From: Klebsormidium nitens
Lineage: Eukaryota; Plantae; Klebsormidiophyceae
NCBI GenBank assembly: GCA_000708835.1
Contig: DF237187.1
Span: forward strand, 19,953 to 83,952
DNA length: 64,000 bases
Reading direction: 5' to 3'
This document shows, in pieces, positions 11,670-25,100 of this stretch; the stretch's first letter is position 1, and each line of letters starts with the position of its first letter. Under the pieces are notes generated by a model that saw only the letters and a program-made list of their open reading frames with translations, was not told the DNA's origin and searched no databases. Both the position numbers and the translations under genes were made by a program.

Positions 11670-12254
11670 GAACGACTGGCGTGGAAGACCCGCGGTGCCT
11701 CCGACGCATTTCTGGCGCTTCTCAGCCTCAACGCGTTCGCTCGTTCGTGTGTCCTGTGCATACACATCGCAACGAAACTACAGGAAGAGGCGCTAGCAGC
11801 ACCGACGTTGCCTGAGCTGGAAATCGGCACCACTGCTATAGGCCAAGCGGATACGAGCATGGAACCGGTTGATGGGACTCGGCCGTGCTCATGTGCCGAA
11901 GACGTAGGGTTCGAGGGGGGAAAGGAAAGCGGCTTGCAGACGGTTTATCACTTGTACGTGCGTGAACTGAACGCTTTTCGGTATCTTGACGTATTTATTC
12001 GGTCCACTGACTTGAGTATCGCGGGGCTCGAGAAAGCCATATTGGCGCGGTTTCAGGCGACAGACTATGCGCCGGTGTTTGTAAGGTATGGGTTTCACAA
12101 CTCTAGAGACGGATATAAGGTGTTTAAGGTATACCCAGCATTGACAAACCAAAGACGTGTTTTGTTCGAGGATGGTGCCTTTGCCTCGGATGACGACTTT
12201 AGAAAACACTTGGACTCTGTTCCATGTCCACGGTTGGAAGTTATATTCGTTTAA
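11670..12254 (+). CDS. Hypothetical protein, terminal exon (about 194 aa); upstream exons unresolved
   Basis: Open frame after acceptor atttgcag (11669). Globular-looking C-terminus (YHLYVRE...LSIAGLEKAILARF...YKVFKVYP...LEVIFV*). Donor-like sites upstream near 11370 and 11440. Family not recognised. Confidence 0.55.
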   Translation, partial: ERLAWKTRGASDAFLALLSLNAFARSCVLCIHIATKLQEEALAAPTLPELEIGTTAIGQADTSMEPVDGTRPCSCAEDVGFEGGKESGLQTVYHLYVRELNAFRYLDVFIRSTDLSIAGLEKAILARFQATDYAPVFVRYGFHNSRDGYKVFKVYPALTNQRRVLFEDGAFASDDDFRKHLDSVPCPRLEVIFV

Positions 12255-15200
12255 ACGTACTGCGTGCTGTCCGCATAAACTCGACCATTGCCTTGCTGAT
12301 ATGTTTGCGGGAACGTTCAGCCACATCTGCAGAGTATCGTTGACAATCGGACATCAAGGTGCACTTAAAGCTGACTTGTATGTAGATGTGTTCAACCAAT
12401 ACTGACCACATGGAGGTTGGCTGGTCCTATATGAAGCAATCGGGGGTGTTGGCCATAGAACCAAGCGATGCATGTGGAGGCCGTCGAATCGTTATTTACA
12501 TTGTCAGCATATGTATCGCGATCATGGTCCAGACATTGGATTGAATGCGTTAGTTGAGAGCTTCTGCATGACGAAGAATCTGATACCTTTAAATTACGTC
12601 GATCTCGACGTTTCTATCAAGTTTGACCTCTACTTTCGATTGTTGACCCGTCGAATGCGTTTGAGCTGGGGCCCGACATTGCCAATAGCATGGCCGCGCG
12701 TAGGATGGATGACGTGCATCCTACACCAACGTACCGTCCTACTATTAAGGCCCGCCAAGAACATTTCAGGGTTAGGAGAGAGACTACGTACTAAGACGTG
12801 GTATGTGCCATTGCATGCAGGAGCTGCTCAGCTTGCACAGGAGCTCCGCCCGAGTGCTCCACAATGCCCGCCCGGTGGATTCCGGGCAATCGATTCCGTT
12901 CCGTCTGATCCGCGTGCCGTAGTTGCTGTGCCGGAATGTGCAGCACCGTCAATGTTTCAACCACGCCAAGTTAAGTTTTGTGGCCCTGGGCAGTGTTGCT
13001 ACACAGCAGCATTTGATCCTGTTAATGTTCAGTTATCAGCAGAGGCGCTTGCCTGAGCTCTGTGAGGGTTTTGCTAATGCCATTCATGGTGCTTTCATAG
13101 AGCCTGCTCGTATCTTGTGCTGACATGCGGGGCGGTGATTTGCGGTCGTAACATGGTTATGGTCGGAACCAATGGCGTCTAGCAGAGTTTGGGAAGTCCT
13201 GAGTGAGAGCGTGAGGCGTCTGAAACGGAGGGAGAACATTGCGGCGTGGGGGGTGGCAGGAACGGCCGCTTACTTTCTTTGGGTGCGCCCAGAGCAGAAG
13301 AAGGAAGAGGCACGCAAGGTAAGATCGAAGGTCGGATGACACTGCGCAAAGTTTCCTGTGACCAGGGTCTGCTCTTACAAGGGGCTCCTCTACAGAAGCA
13401 GGTCTCGCCGTGCTCCGATGGTCACGCTTCAATGAATGATTCGTATTTGGCCAACTGAGCCTGAGAAACTGGTTTCTCATCATCAACTCTCTGGGGACTG
13501 GGGTGGTCGAATGGGGCATGGTTGGATAGCTGCTTCTAATGTCATCTGTGCTGTTTGCCTTTTTTGCATGTGGTTTAGTTGTGGAAGAATAGCTGTGGTC
13601 ACAGATTTGGGAGAGCTGCAAGAGAACCAGATTGACCGCGAATGCTGTATGACAGATTAGTCTGTCAGCTGATGCTTGAAGATCATCGATGGGGATTGTC
13701 CCAGAGACTGCGGAAGAGATTGGGGTGTCTGCTTTTGCTTTCGATGGAAGTTTGCTTCTTGCAAATCACAAAGCAGTAGACTCTCCATCAGTCGAAGCTC
13801 TTGAATCGTGGAAGCCTTTGTAAGTTGTAGATGCATCATACATGCTTGAGGATCAAAGTACTGAGGAGTATCGATTTGTCCTCATTTGTCCCCTTCTCCC
13901 GCGGTTGCCCCTGTTTTATACTTGGATTGGAATCGAATCTTACGCTCCACTTGTTTTCCTCTTCTCAAGCCTCCAGCTTGTAAAATCTTCTTCTGCGAGA
14001 AACTGCAGGAACTCTGCGCTTCTTTCTTTAGCTCTCAAGCAGCAGAGGTCCTGCAGACTGACCACCACCACCTCATCGAGTCCTGACAGAGCTCCTATTG
14101 ATTTTATAATTTCCTGGCATAGTCCCTTCCCTCATCCCCCTTCGCCACAAGTTGACAGCCCAACCACCTCTAAACTAGCAACCTCAGCCACTAACCCTGA
14201 AAGTAATCCGGAAGAGTTGTCCACAGAGTTCCCTGGAGTCCACATTGTCTTTCCACCGGCAACCTTTTGGCGAACAGCAGACTCTGTTGCTGACTTTATG
14301 GATTAGTGATCCAATCCAATGGGGGCTTGATGATTTCAATCTGTCCACACTCTTCAGGCGGCGGAAGCTTTACGGCGGGAGAACGATCGGCATCGATATA
14401 TAGAAAAGTCGAAGCCGAAAGCAGATCCGCAGGTACGTGCGCCGCACCTTTTCTTCGAAAAATCACGTGCGCTGCTTGAGAGGCCTTTAGATGTACAAGA
14501 GCATCCTTGCTTGGCTGTCCTTTTTGTATAAGGTGCCATCTCCGACAGCTGGTGTCATGGTTTGTCCAAAACCAGGCTGATGACCATGTAGCAAGTTCTG
14601 GTTACACCTGATTGATTGGTTCTCTGTATGGTTAAAAAGGGGAGGTTAGCTTTGGTCAACGGAGAATGTCAATACAATGTTATCTATGCTAAGCTACGAG
14701 AGCGCAGATCTTGAAACGCACATGTAGCTTAAGGACAATCTTGTGATCTCCTTTCTGCAGGCGACTGGTTTGACTTACGGAAAGAAAGGGGAGGATGCTG
14801 CCTCCTCATTAGGAAGCAAGGGTTCGGATTGAATCATCCGCCTGTTCAGAAAAGTTGAGGTACGACGGGATTATTGTAGTGTACCATCCTGAGCACACGT
14901 AAGGCGCAAGGGGCATAACATAATCTTGCATAGCATCAGACAAAGCGATTGCCTGTTGCTAGAGAGAACTTTTTGATTACCGTGATGGTTCCCGCCGTCA
15001 GCTCAAAGTAAAGTGCAAGCTAGATTGGTTGCAAGATCAGTTCAGAATAAGAGTCTCTTAGTAAGCTGGTCGAGAAGTCACCCAAGGCCAATATCATTGA
15101 TCGACCATTTGAAACACTTCGAGCACAAGTTGGCATAGCCAGGACCTTCAAAAGCTAGAACCGCAAAGATGGTAATGTCGAGTCGGACCACGAGCTATAT

Positions 15201-15256
15201 TGCACTATAATGCCTATTGCACGGACGATGTTCAACATGTAGGAGCTAGTACAGCT

Positions 15257-15323
15257 GCACAGGCACTCAATCGTACAGGACGGTAGTGGCAGCCACTATA
15301 CCGTCTTGTACAAGTGCCTGTGC
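15257..15323. repeat. 67-bp imperfect inverted repeat (hairpin)
   Basis: gcacaggcact pairs with agtgcctgtgc, gtacaggacggta with taccgtcttgtac (1 mismatch), and gtggc with gccac around a 1-nt centre. Confidence 0.8.
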
Positions 15324-16455
15324 AAGTGCCTGCATGTCAGGGATCCAACCGTCATGATATTTGCGGATATTAGTGCGATCCGTGACTGTTTGCCAGCGCT
15401 GTTTGCAATTTGTTAGTAATGAAGCGGCATGTGTTCGGTCAGAGCTAGGATTTCTTAATTGTAAGTCTCATGCGCATTGGGGTAGACGAATTGCGCAGGC
15501 CGGGCCCGCCCAAACAGCATCGCCGCGCGGCCGTAGCTTACTTAACTTCCATGACGTCCTGGCTGTCTATCTGGTCATTAGGCTCGAGCTCAAGATATAT
15601 CTCTTTTGAATCATGGATGCACAATGATGCGCGTATTGTCGCGGCCGCAGCAGCTAATGATACAAAACGCAATCCCAAATCTTCAGCACAAACATTGCAT
15701 GCAAATCGTTTTGTCTGCCGGCGGCTACGATAGCTCACCAATCGCTTGTAAGAAAATATATTTGCAGGTTGAGCGAGCCGGTTGAAAACCCGATATTGCA
15801 CATGCATGAGGCGGCCATCATGATTGAACTTAGCACGCGTGACAAGCTGTGCGCGGCTGCAAGGCCCCAACGAAACCGTGGCCCGTTGCAAGGCTCAAAT
15901 CAAGCAGCCTCAGACACGTGACAGTGAGCCCGGCGAGATCCTTGCAGACTCACCGTACATGTACATTAAGTTAACGATCACGTAGACAACGGTTCAAAAC
16001 GTAGGATGGGAACATAGTGCACAAGCCCACACGGGCTTAAATATCAATATCTTGCATAAGTCAACTGGCCGCTGAGAGCGGCGTCGCTCAACTTAATCAG
16101 ATCTTGTCACCAGGCGAACTTCTCCTAGAGGTCCAAGAAGAAGGCATGGCGGCCCAATCCGTGACCATGGCATTTCAAAGAATCTACTGCTAGCCTAGTA
16201 GCCGTGTGCGGGCCCTAGCTCGACGGCCACTTTCTGAACGAAGATCGCGAGTTTATTGCTGTTTGCGCGCAACAGCACCCAACGGTTGTCTATGGCTACT
16301 CGACCCACTTGACCCTTTCGCCAGGCCCGGCGTACTTTACATCTATCACTGCTTTTCCTACCTCTATATCCGTCTACTATTACCGGCCCTCAAAGTTCAA
16401 TTTGACCAGGGGCTGCAATCGCAACCCACTGCATTCCGCATCGTGTCCTATTTGT

Positions 16456-19400
16456 TTATTGGTGGCCTCCGGTCGTAACATATGGTTGCATGTGGGGGGG
16501 GCCTCCCATGTGGTTGACCGGGACACCCATTGGCGGGCCCATGGGGCGCATGTGACCAGGATTCATCATCATATGGTGACCGTACATATTCTGGCCCGGG
16601 TGTAGATTTGGTGCGATGGGGGGGTGACCGCCGATGCCGCGCTGGGAAGGGCCGTGGCCCCCCTGGCCGTTGACACTCGTAATGTCGTGGATGCTATTTC
16701 GGCGCTTGTCCTTGCTAATGGAGTTGAGCCGGATGAAGTACTTTTGGGCGTGTGATGCAACCTGGGTGGGCGTTCGCGAGACAACGAAGTTGCGCGAAAT
16801 GGATCGCCAGTCTCCTTTCCCGAACTTGGCGAGACCGAGCAAAAATAACCTGCGCAGAAGCAACGCGAAAGTGAGGAGTCGTTTGCAGAGGTGCCCAGTA
16901 CTTTGGGTCTGGCGTTACAGCATGTTCAGTTCCTTTCAGATTAAAAGGTAGGCTGACACTTGTAAGCACCCCTCAGAAAGGCGGCACAAGTGCCTCACTG
17001 TATTGAAGATGTAGAACGATTGATGTGCTTTCAGTGGCATGGTTTGAGCATTCTGAGACGTCAGGGTAGCCAACAGAGCACACAACAAACGGCACCACCT
17101 TAGTCGCTTCCAACCGCGCATCAAGCTCAGGGAAGTGCTTGTGACACCGATTTCCCTGCCGAGAATGCGCTATACGCCACTCTTGCTAAACGTGCTTAAG
17201 TGAACCCGCACAAATGAGTCTACCCCCGGCCTATCAGCGGGCTGCTCTCCCTGCTCTCAATCTGTTTGTTCCAGTCAGCAACGGATTTCGGATGCTTTCG
17301 AGAGGCTACCAACGCCCTTGTGCTTTTCAGGCGCTTCTAAACGACTTGCCTCCTCAGACAGCTTGACCTTAATCTTAAAGTCAACATCTTGAGAGGTGAA
17401 TCCGCAATACTTGCCCCAGAAGCGCTATCTTCCGAACCTGCAATCTCTTCTTAGCCGGTACCTCACTTCTGGGACAGTCAACTCGGCTGCTGCCAGAAAG
17501 TTCTAAACAGGGAGCACGCACACACGTGTTATCTTCTGCGAAGTGGCTCTCGCCTGCTTCAAACAGGGCAGAGCAACCTGAAATTCAGTGGGCAAGAAAC
17601 AGAAGATGCCCGTCCTCACCTGCGCTTCATTTCCAACCACTCACTACCCTCAAAACGTCAGCGTGGCACCTAGCTTGAAACTTAGAAAGGGTACAGACGA
17701 TGATTTCTGCTTGCACGCTCCTCCTCACACAATCAACTCAGACATAACTGCCTCAGTCATAGGCAACCCAGTCAAATGCCTCTGGATTTGCACCCCCTCA
17801 CCTGTGCTCCATTTTACATTTGCATATTCCAAAGTAGAGCTCACTTTTCCGCATCAGACTTGAACCCTCAAATGGACCCCAACTCCAATCTGTTCTTCTC
17901 AGGACAGGTCAACTTCAACCCTCAATCAGTACTGTGGGAAACAACCCTGTATCTCACCACACCACCCCTCTGCTTTTTAGGCACTCACTTTCCAGTATGC
18001 AAAACCCCCTTCACGCGCTGTCATCCTGAGAACAGGCCTCTCGTCCTCTTTTTTTGATGATTCAATGTAAACCCTCCCTGGCGTGTTTTCCCCCTCATCA
18101 TGAGCAGTGCCCTCATTCTTAGCACCGTCCATTTTTACATCCAACAAGTACAGCATAACTGAGATACAACTTGTTCCATACAGAAAGCGCCCGAAGCGGA
18201 GGCCCCCTCACCTGTGCTCGTCTTTCGACCATGCAACCTTCTTCCACCGCTGCTGATGGAAGCACTTCCCCTTAACTACTCATGCTTAGCGCAGGTCAGT
18301 CTCAGGTCGACAAAGAAAAAGAACCACTGAAGAAACATCTCCATCTTCAGAAAATGGGCATGAAGCGGAACCCCCCTCACCTGTGCTCTTCTTCTGACCA
18401 TGCGATCCCCTTCCGCCGCTCCTGCTCTGACGACCGTTGCCCCACCTTTGGCCGCCGCGTCCCCCCCGGGCTCGCCGGCATTGCCATCTCCACCCCATTC
18501 CCAACATCGTCCCGCATCATCTCCTCCTCTGAAGCCGTCTGCTTATGCGGGTCCCCATAAGCTATGACCGGCACGCGCCCTGACTCAATTGCGCGCACGT
18601 CCTCCAGAAGCTGCTCATATTTGCGCTTGACTTCGTCAGGTGTCTTCCCAGGCACCTGGCCCGCGATATTGTTCCAGCGCGCCTCGTCCTCCTCGCCATA
18701 CATGTTGAGCGCATTCTCAAAGAGCTTGTTTTCTGAGGGGGTCCAGCCTGCAGCGGGGGCATTGTAAACTTTGAGTACAAGCTTGACCTTCTGACTGCGA
18801 CTTGGAAGCTTAGGAACTTCATTCAGGTGTTTATTTCCTCGAATGTGAGATACAGCTTGTCTGTTGGGCAAATCAATTGCGCGAATCTACATCCAAACAC
18901 ACGAAAGTCAAGGTTTTGCATTCCGCTCGTCATCCTTGAACAGCTGATAACTCAACACTCCCTTCCGCTCTTTCCATCCATCTTCAAAGCACATGCCTCT
19001 TTCCTGCCCTCCTGGTCTGGTTTGGGAGGACACTGCAAATAGACGCAATGAGTCTTGGGCAAATGCTTGACAAATCTCCTTTTCCTTCCTTCTGGAAGTG
19101 GATGATAGTTACGCTTTTACCACTGCCTGGAGCTCATGTATCCTGACCAGCAACATGAGTCCTCAGGAAAAAGGCACTTGCCCATGATAGTTTTTGGGCA
19201 ACCAATAGCAATCATGAAGCTTCTGAAGAAAAAGAAAACAAACTATTCCCACAATTTCATCCGGATTTGCTCCCAGGAAGGGGCTAGAGGAAGGTAAAAT
19301 GCTCTCAAGATTGGAAATTGGCGTCAAACAAGTTTAGGCTAAACACCGGCCTATGTTTGCAGTTTCAAGGCTGAACTGTGGCCTACGATCATGCTTTCCT

Positions 19401-20045
19401 TGCAAACCGGCACTTGGTGCAGTCTCTTCTTTCAAAAACACACACACAGATCCACCAAGCAGACTGCAATTGGCCACCGTTCGCGAAAGCAATCATGACA
19501 TCCAAACATAAAGAGCACAGCCAAATCGGGTCCAACTTGTCTATTTTACAATGAGGTGCTTGGAACCTCAAATGCATAGAAGCAAGGACACTCTTGGACT
19601 GAACAACATGAGGAGAGCGCAGGCATCACGAGCTTCATCCTGCGCACTCATGCGCCGATCCTTGCAGCCATGACTGCAACAGTGAGCGCCAGAGCAATCC
19701 AGATTCAGAAGCTACTACGCTGGCAAAGAACGCAGCATTACCTGACAGATCGCCGGCATGTCCGCTAGAGACGCCGTCATCGCCAAACCGCATATGTATG
19801 GAGCCATTGTCAAAGAAGTGGGGCTCCGATCCAAGGTCCGAGCTGTCTAAACCCTGAGAGCTCGTTTCAGGGGACGTCATCAACTGTGGACTCGCTGCTT
19901 CGTTCTCCCACTTCACTGCTTTCACCTCCTTCTTCTCATTCTCCTCTGTCTGCATTCCAAGAGCTGGCTCCTGCTCCATTCTGAACGGCCGCCGAGAGGT
20001 CGCTGAGCAGTTTCCTAAATTGCTAGCATTGATGGTCCCTGTCAC
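16456..20045 (-). CDS. DIVARICATA-like MYB transcription factor (SANT/MYB plus SHAQKYF MYB); exons 19742-20045, 18381-18747, 16456-16849
   Basis: [16 protein letters not shown]...[37 protein letters not shown], then [14 protein letters not shown]|[41 protein letters not shown]...[10 protein letters not shown]. Splice phases match. The first exon is less certain. Confidence 0.93.
17610..18381 (-). repeat. Stacked degenerate copies of the exon-2 donor junction in the MYB intron
   Basis: Functional GAGCACAG|GTGAGG at 18381/18380. A copy at 18211 shows similarity over about 65 bp, a copy at 17801 has 17 bp identical (ccccctcacctgtgctc), and a weaker copy lies at 17619. Confidence 0.8.
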
Positions 20046-22160
20046 GGGCCAGATCGGATGCTCAAGGAACAGGTTATGTGAGTAGATAAGATTGGTGTGG
20101 GATTCCTGTCTTGTCTTGGCAATCGTAATTTGGATACGAAGGCTCAGAGATTGACTCCACAGGACAGCATTTTAGCTCCTGAGACAAAACTGCAAGCAGT
20201 CTTGACTGCGACCGGCAACTCGGCTAGCCAAAGCAGAGTCGCTCGGCAGCATTCAGTGCACTACTATCTCGGATTCCTGATCGTTCTCTGGTCAGTTTAT
20301 GCAGCTGAGTGTCAGGATACCAGTCCCGAGCAGCAATGCCAGCTTCAGGGTGACATTCACAGCTGACAGCTGGTCAAGACTGAACCCCTCCTCTCAGTTC
20401 CCTCCGCTCGAACGCTTGACATGCAGACAGCCAAGAGCACGCCAGATTCGACAAGAACTGATGGCACGTCCTTCCTATCCGCCGCTTTGACAGTGGCTCA
20501 TTTGGGCCCCACTACAAGGCCGTCCTAATGCGTAGGTGTACCCTCCTCCTGAGCTCAAGAACGGCAAGAGAGCTGACAGAGGGGTTTCAAAATGGCGCCA
20601 TGCGGAATGATGAATCCAAGCTGCTCTGCACTCCTCCAGGCTCCACCCTGCGAGGCGAGTTGGAGATTAACAGGACTATATTACCTAATTACCTGGCCGA
20701 TACGCTGATACTCTCCTTCTTACGGGAATTTATGCTGTGTAGCTCTGGCACCGTCCATCGACGGTGAGCTTACATTGAAGCATCTGCAACGAGCTTGTAC
20801 CGTCCATTTCGGACATGACCGGGGATCCCGCGAACGGCCTTGTGACCAGTGATTTGAGCCGTTTGGCATGCCTGCAAATTGCAATCTCCGGGTCCCGGGA
20901 TCCGCGCAAGCAGCGACTGCGACAGACGATACATGAATTTCCGAGCGATGGCCGGGGCTCGGAGATCCTTAAAAGTCCGGGAGCCGGACTAATAATGGAT
21001 GATAGAGCCAGTGGAACTCAGGAACACGCAGAACACGCGCGAGTCAAGGCGAGCCTGCATTCTTCATGCAAGAGTACCTAGCAATTGATCTCATCCTAAG
21101 TGAGAACTTACCATGCGGAACATGATAAGTCTATCTCTAAAAAGCTTAGGTTGTGTCGTCGTTAATTAGCCTTGCTTCAATTCACATAGGATTGCTTCTA
21201 CGGCTCACAAAACTAACTACGAGGAACTTGTATACCCGTACCGGTAAAATGGTCGGTTGTGAAATGAAACCATTGATGGACTTGGTGCTAGCTAGAGTCT
21301 GTAGAGCCTAGCTAGGTACCAGCGTGGAAGGGGCACGGATCCTTCAAGTTGAAAAGCCTACGTTTCCAGCATTAGTAAGCGAAACCGCGAATCCTTTGGG
21401 TATTAAAAAGTTGGAAGACCGTCGAGATGAACTCGCACTAAATGCCAATCCTTTCAATATATACCTATTTGATATGTTCGCATGCGGCCTGGAGTTTTGG
21501 TCAAGAATGGGCATTGCAAACAAATTTCTTATAATCATGCAACGCATGCGGCCGGTAAGATTAGTGTCCCATCTTCCTAAGAAGAGTGACGTTAAGCATG
21601 ATGGGCTCGAAGAGAGAATGATTGATCGAGACCAGTGAGCACTTTGATGACGGCTCACTTTGTAAAACTACTTCAAGAGGTGACCCAAACGAATCGAGTA
21701 AAAAAATGCATTTGGTTGAGAAGCTCAGGAGTCGTGGCCACCATTTGTACTATACTACGTACGTGGCCTTTCTGATCAGGCTCACCGTGACACTCCTCAT
21801 TTCAAATTCACAGTAAATGGTAGGAACACGCCCAGACGCCCAAAGATGAACGAGGAAATCCGCAGAGCTACTGATCCTTGGATTGGAGCATGACGCGCGC
21901 CGGTACGGTCCCCTTTGCTAATCTGCTAAAGCACCGAAGAGATAACGTGCTCTTGAAAAAATGTGAGCATCGAGTCCTACTGTTTGTAATTATGTTGGGC
22001 CTGACATTGGGAGGTAACATGCGTGCGCACTGCTTTACCTTGAATTGCAATATATAGATATTTCATTGCGACTTTGTGCTATCAAACCTGACCGCTAAAG
22101 CGCATTAGATTCAAAGCTGAACTTCGCTGCCTTGTTACCTTATTCTGATGGTCGGGATCT

Positions 22161-25100
22161 TCAAATGGGTGCCCGCTTCTCTGACTCGGGCCCTACTCTA
22201 CCTCCTGATCGTTCATGCGTTTCTGATAAGTGAGGGGCACTCATAGACTTTTTTGAAGACTTCAGTTCTCTTTTCTCCCTTTCAGCAACCTCCAAAGCCT
22301 CCTTTGCGTGCTTCGCATACGCTCCCCTTTCCGTGTAATCGACGCTAGGCGAAAGACTGTAGTCATCCAGATTCGTCGATTTGATGTGCTCTAGCAGCTT
22401 CTCCGGCTCTTCCGCCTTGTTTCCCTCAAATGCCGCTAACAAAGAGAGATTGAAGTTGTGATGCAAGAAGGCTACGGGTATGTCATTCGGATCGTACTTC
22501 CACGGTTCTTCGATTTCCCGAGCTACCTGCAGAGCGTACAATATCGTTGAAAGTTCGAATTTGCTGTACCTGTCCCATTCCGGTACGTCAACGAGCCCTG
22601 TTGTCGGTTTATGGATATATCCGTTCACTGGCAAGACCTCAACAGAAGAGACGCCTCTCGAGATGCAGATTGACAGCACAAGGGGCCGGTCCAGAACCGG
22701 ATACTAATCAACAGAAAAGTTGCAAGGGTTTTTTTCTCGTTCCTAACAGGGACCGATGAATCGGGTCATGAAATGTCCACCAAGCCCTCCCCTCGTGTAC
22801 ACGATTCACCTTAAGGAGCCCGAACTGCGAAAACAGATCATACTCACCTCGTTCAAGGTGAAACACGACCACACTGCCGCAAATGTGAAGAGGACAACCT
22901 GCATGTTCCAGAAATAGCAATCAGCAGAACAATATACAGATAAGACTCGTCAGAAGCAAGCACGCACGACCCTGTTGACAACCAAAGCTATACACGTCCC
23001 CAGACAATGAGCTCTCGCTCCCTGCTTCGAAAGTGATTCAGATCACCATAACGTTGCCCTCTGCAGAAGCAACTCCGAGAACCCCGGAGATATCGAAGAA
23101 ACTCACAATCCAGGTGTTGTTGAGCCAGGCGACCATCATCAATGGACACATGAGGGCTTGGAACCACAGCATCATCGTCACAGTTTGCGCGTACGGGAAA
23201 GGGAATGGAGTGTCGTTGATCTTCATCGCCTGCTCAAACGCGTTCATTCCATCTGGAAAAGAAGGCAGAAGAACGGACGGATTCGTAAGCGAGGGAAGGG
23301 AAAACCAAGTAATATAACACGATAATGTTGCGGCGCTTCACCGTAGGATTGGAGATGTGTAGTACGGCGAAGCAACCAGCTTGACCAAAAGATAGGCATC
23401 TTCTCTTGCCCACGTTACTTCGTCTCGATTCCAGGCGAACCCGGCAGCGCCGACTGCAGTTCCGTGTGTTGAATAGTGCATTAAAACATTCCTGCTTGCT
23501 TTCTACCAACTGTCTTAATAAGCATATATTGATCTTGCATAAAACTAGTTTCTGGCAAAGACAGAAAAGTCAGGCCACGTACCTTCCAGATTTTGGTGAA
23601 TGCGTGTGACAATAGGTGCGGCTTCGTTTAGTCCCCCTGCTTGACGCCTGGCCGTCAGGTGCTGATGTATCCACATGAATACGCAGAAAGCTTTCGATTC
23701 GCTCTTCTCGAGGACCTTGATTTCCATTTTACTGAGGCCCCCCAGGACTGGAAGAGGTAGATTCATCCAATAGTCCCGGAAGTGGTTCATGTGGTGCCTT
23801 AGAGCACAGAGATGGCTGCACAAATACGGTTTCGTTCAGGAAGTGGAGAGACATTTCCTGAGCCTCGGCATAACTCTCAGCTTTGAAGGTTCAACTTGAC
23901 AAAGGCTGGTACCCGTTTTCTTGCAACGTACACAAGATGCTGCCAGAATGGACAGTGGCAGCCGCCTTCTTCTTACTAAGCAACTGAGTAGTTTCAGGCA
24001 GACGTTGAAGACTTAGAGATACAACTATTTAAAGGCGGACGAACTTACTTATATTTCTGCCAGTTTGGTAGCTCGGCAGGATCCCTAGGGGGAGGGAAGG
24101 GGGTCACATGAAAGCTACCTGGAAAAGCGGGGAAAACGAAAAGGTAAGAGAGGGCATGTACCTCGCTGCTGGTCGGGAGTGCCTGTCTGTAAGAACAGGC
24201 ATACAATTCCAGGCCTTTTGAAACCGTGGAAAACCACCAATCCAGCAAGCCACTCGCCTCAACTTTCAAGGTGTCGTTGTTGCTTCTTGGAATCAATCTG
24301 CAGTCTCACCTCTGACCAGATTTTCCAGCATCGTGTCACCTCGCAATCCCTGGAAAACCATGAATAACACGTCAACAAGGATCTCAAGCAGAAAGGAGAG
24401 TTGAATGGCAGGAAAGCTTCCAATAGTGTCACTGTCCAGAGCAACCATCAGGGGTCTGGATCACGATCTAACGGATCTATTCCAGAGATACAAGAGGAGC
24501 TTCAAAGAAAGCTTGAAGGGGACTGATCCAGCTTGTTATCAGTTGTCAACCTGTCTGCCACCTAGCTAAAGTGTCTGGTATTTTGGAGAAGAGTTGCAAC
24601 CGAAGCTCACTTGCATCGCAAGTCCGTGCATCAGAGACATGAGATGGATAAACTCTGCTCTCCATTGGGGTCCAGTCGACACGGCTGAAGGTAATTCTGC
24701 CGCTTCGTCGAAAGCTATTGCTTCAGCAACAGCTCCAAGCCATCTGCTCCTGTGGCCATAGAGAAGGAGGCATATAAGCTGATCCAGAGAAGCAAATGTT
24801 AGGCCAACCGTACATCTGCAACAATCAGATGGTTTTGACTCTTGCAAGTCAAAAGCCGAAAGCATACTCCATACCATCAAAGCAGTTGAGGTTATTGTCC
24901 TAAATATTCTCAGCAGTGTGAGGAGATCTCAACAGCACAACTTTTGATGGATTTCAGCACCTCAGCAAACATATGACGATTGCTGAGACTCGCTGTGTCC
25001 TGCTCTGCCACTCACGTCATGTCTTGTACGCGCGTCCTAGCTTCCCAGTATCTTGCATGGCTGAGGTTGATGCGGAAAACAAGAACAAATCCCACAACAG

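Noticed and set aside
12472-13056. 194-aa ORF
   Set aside because: No recognisable motif, atypical composition and no supporting splice context.
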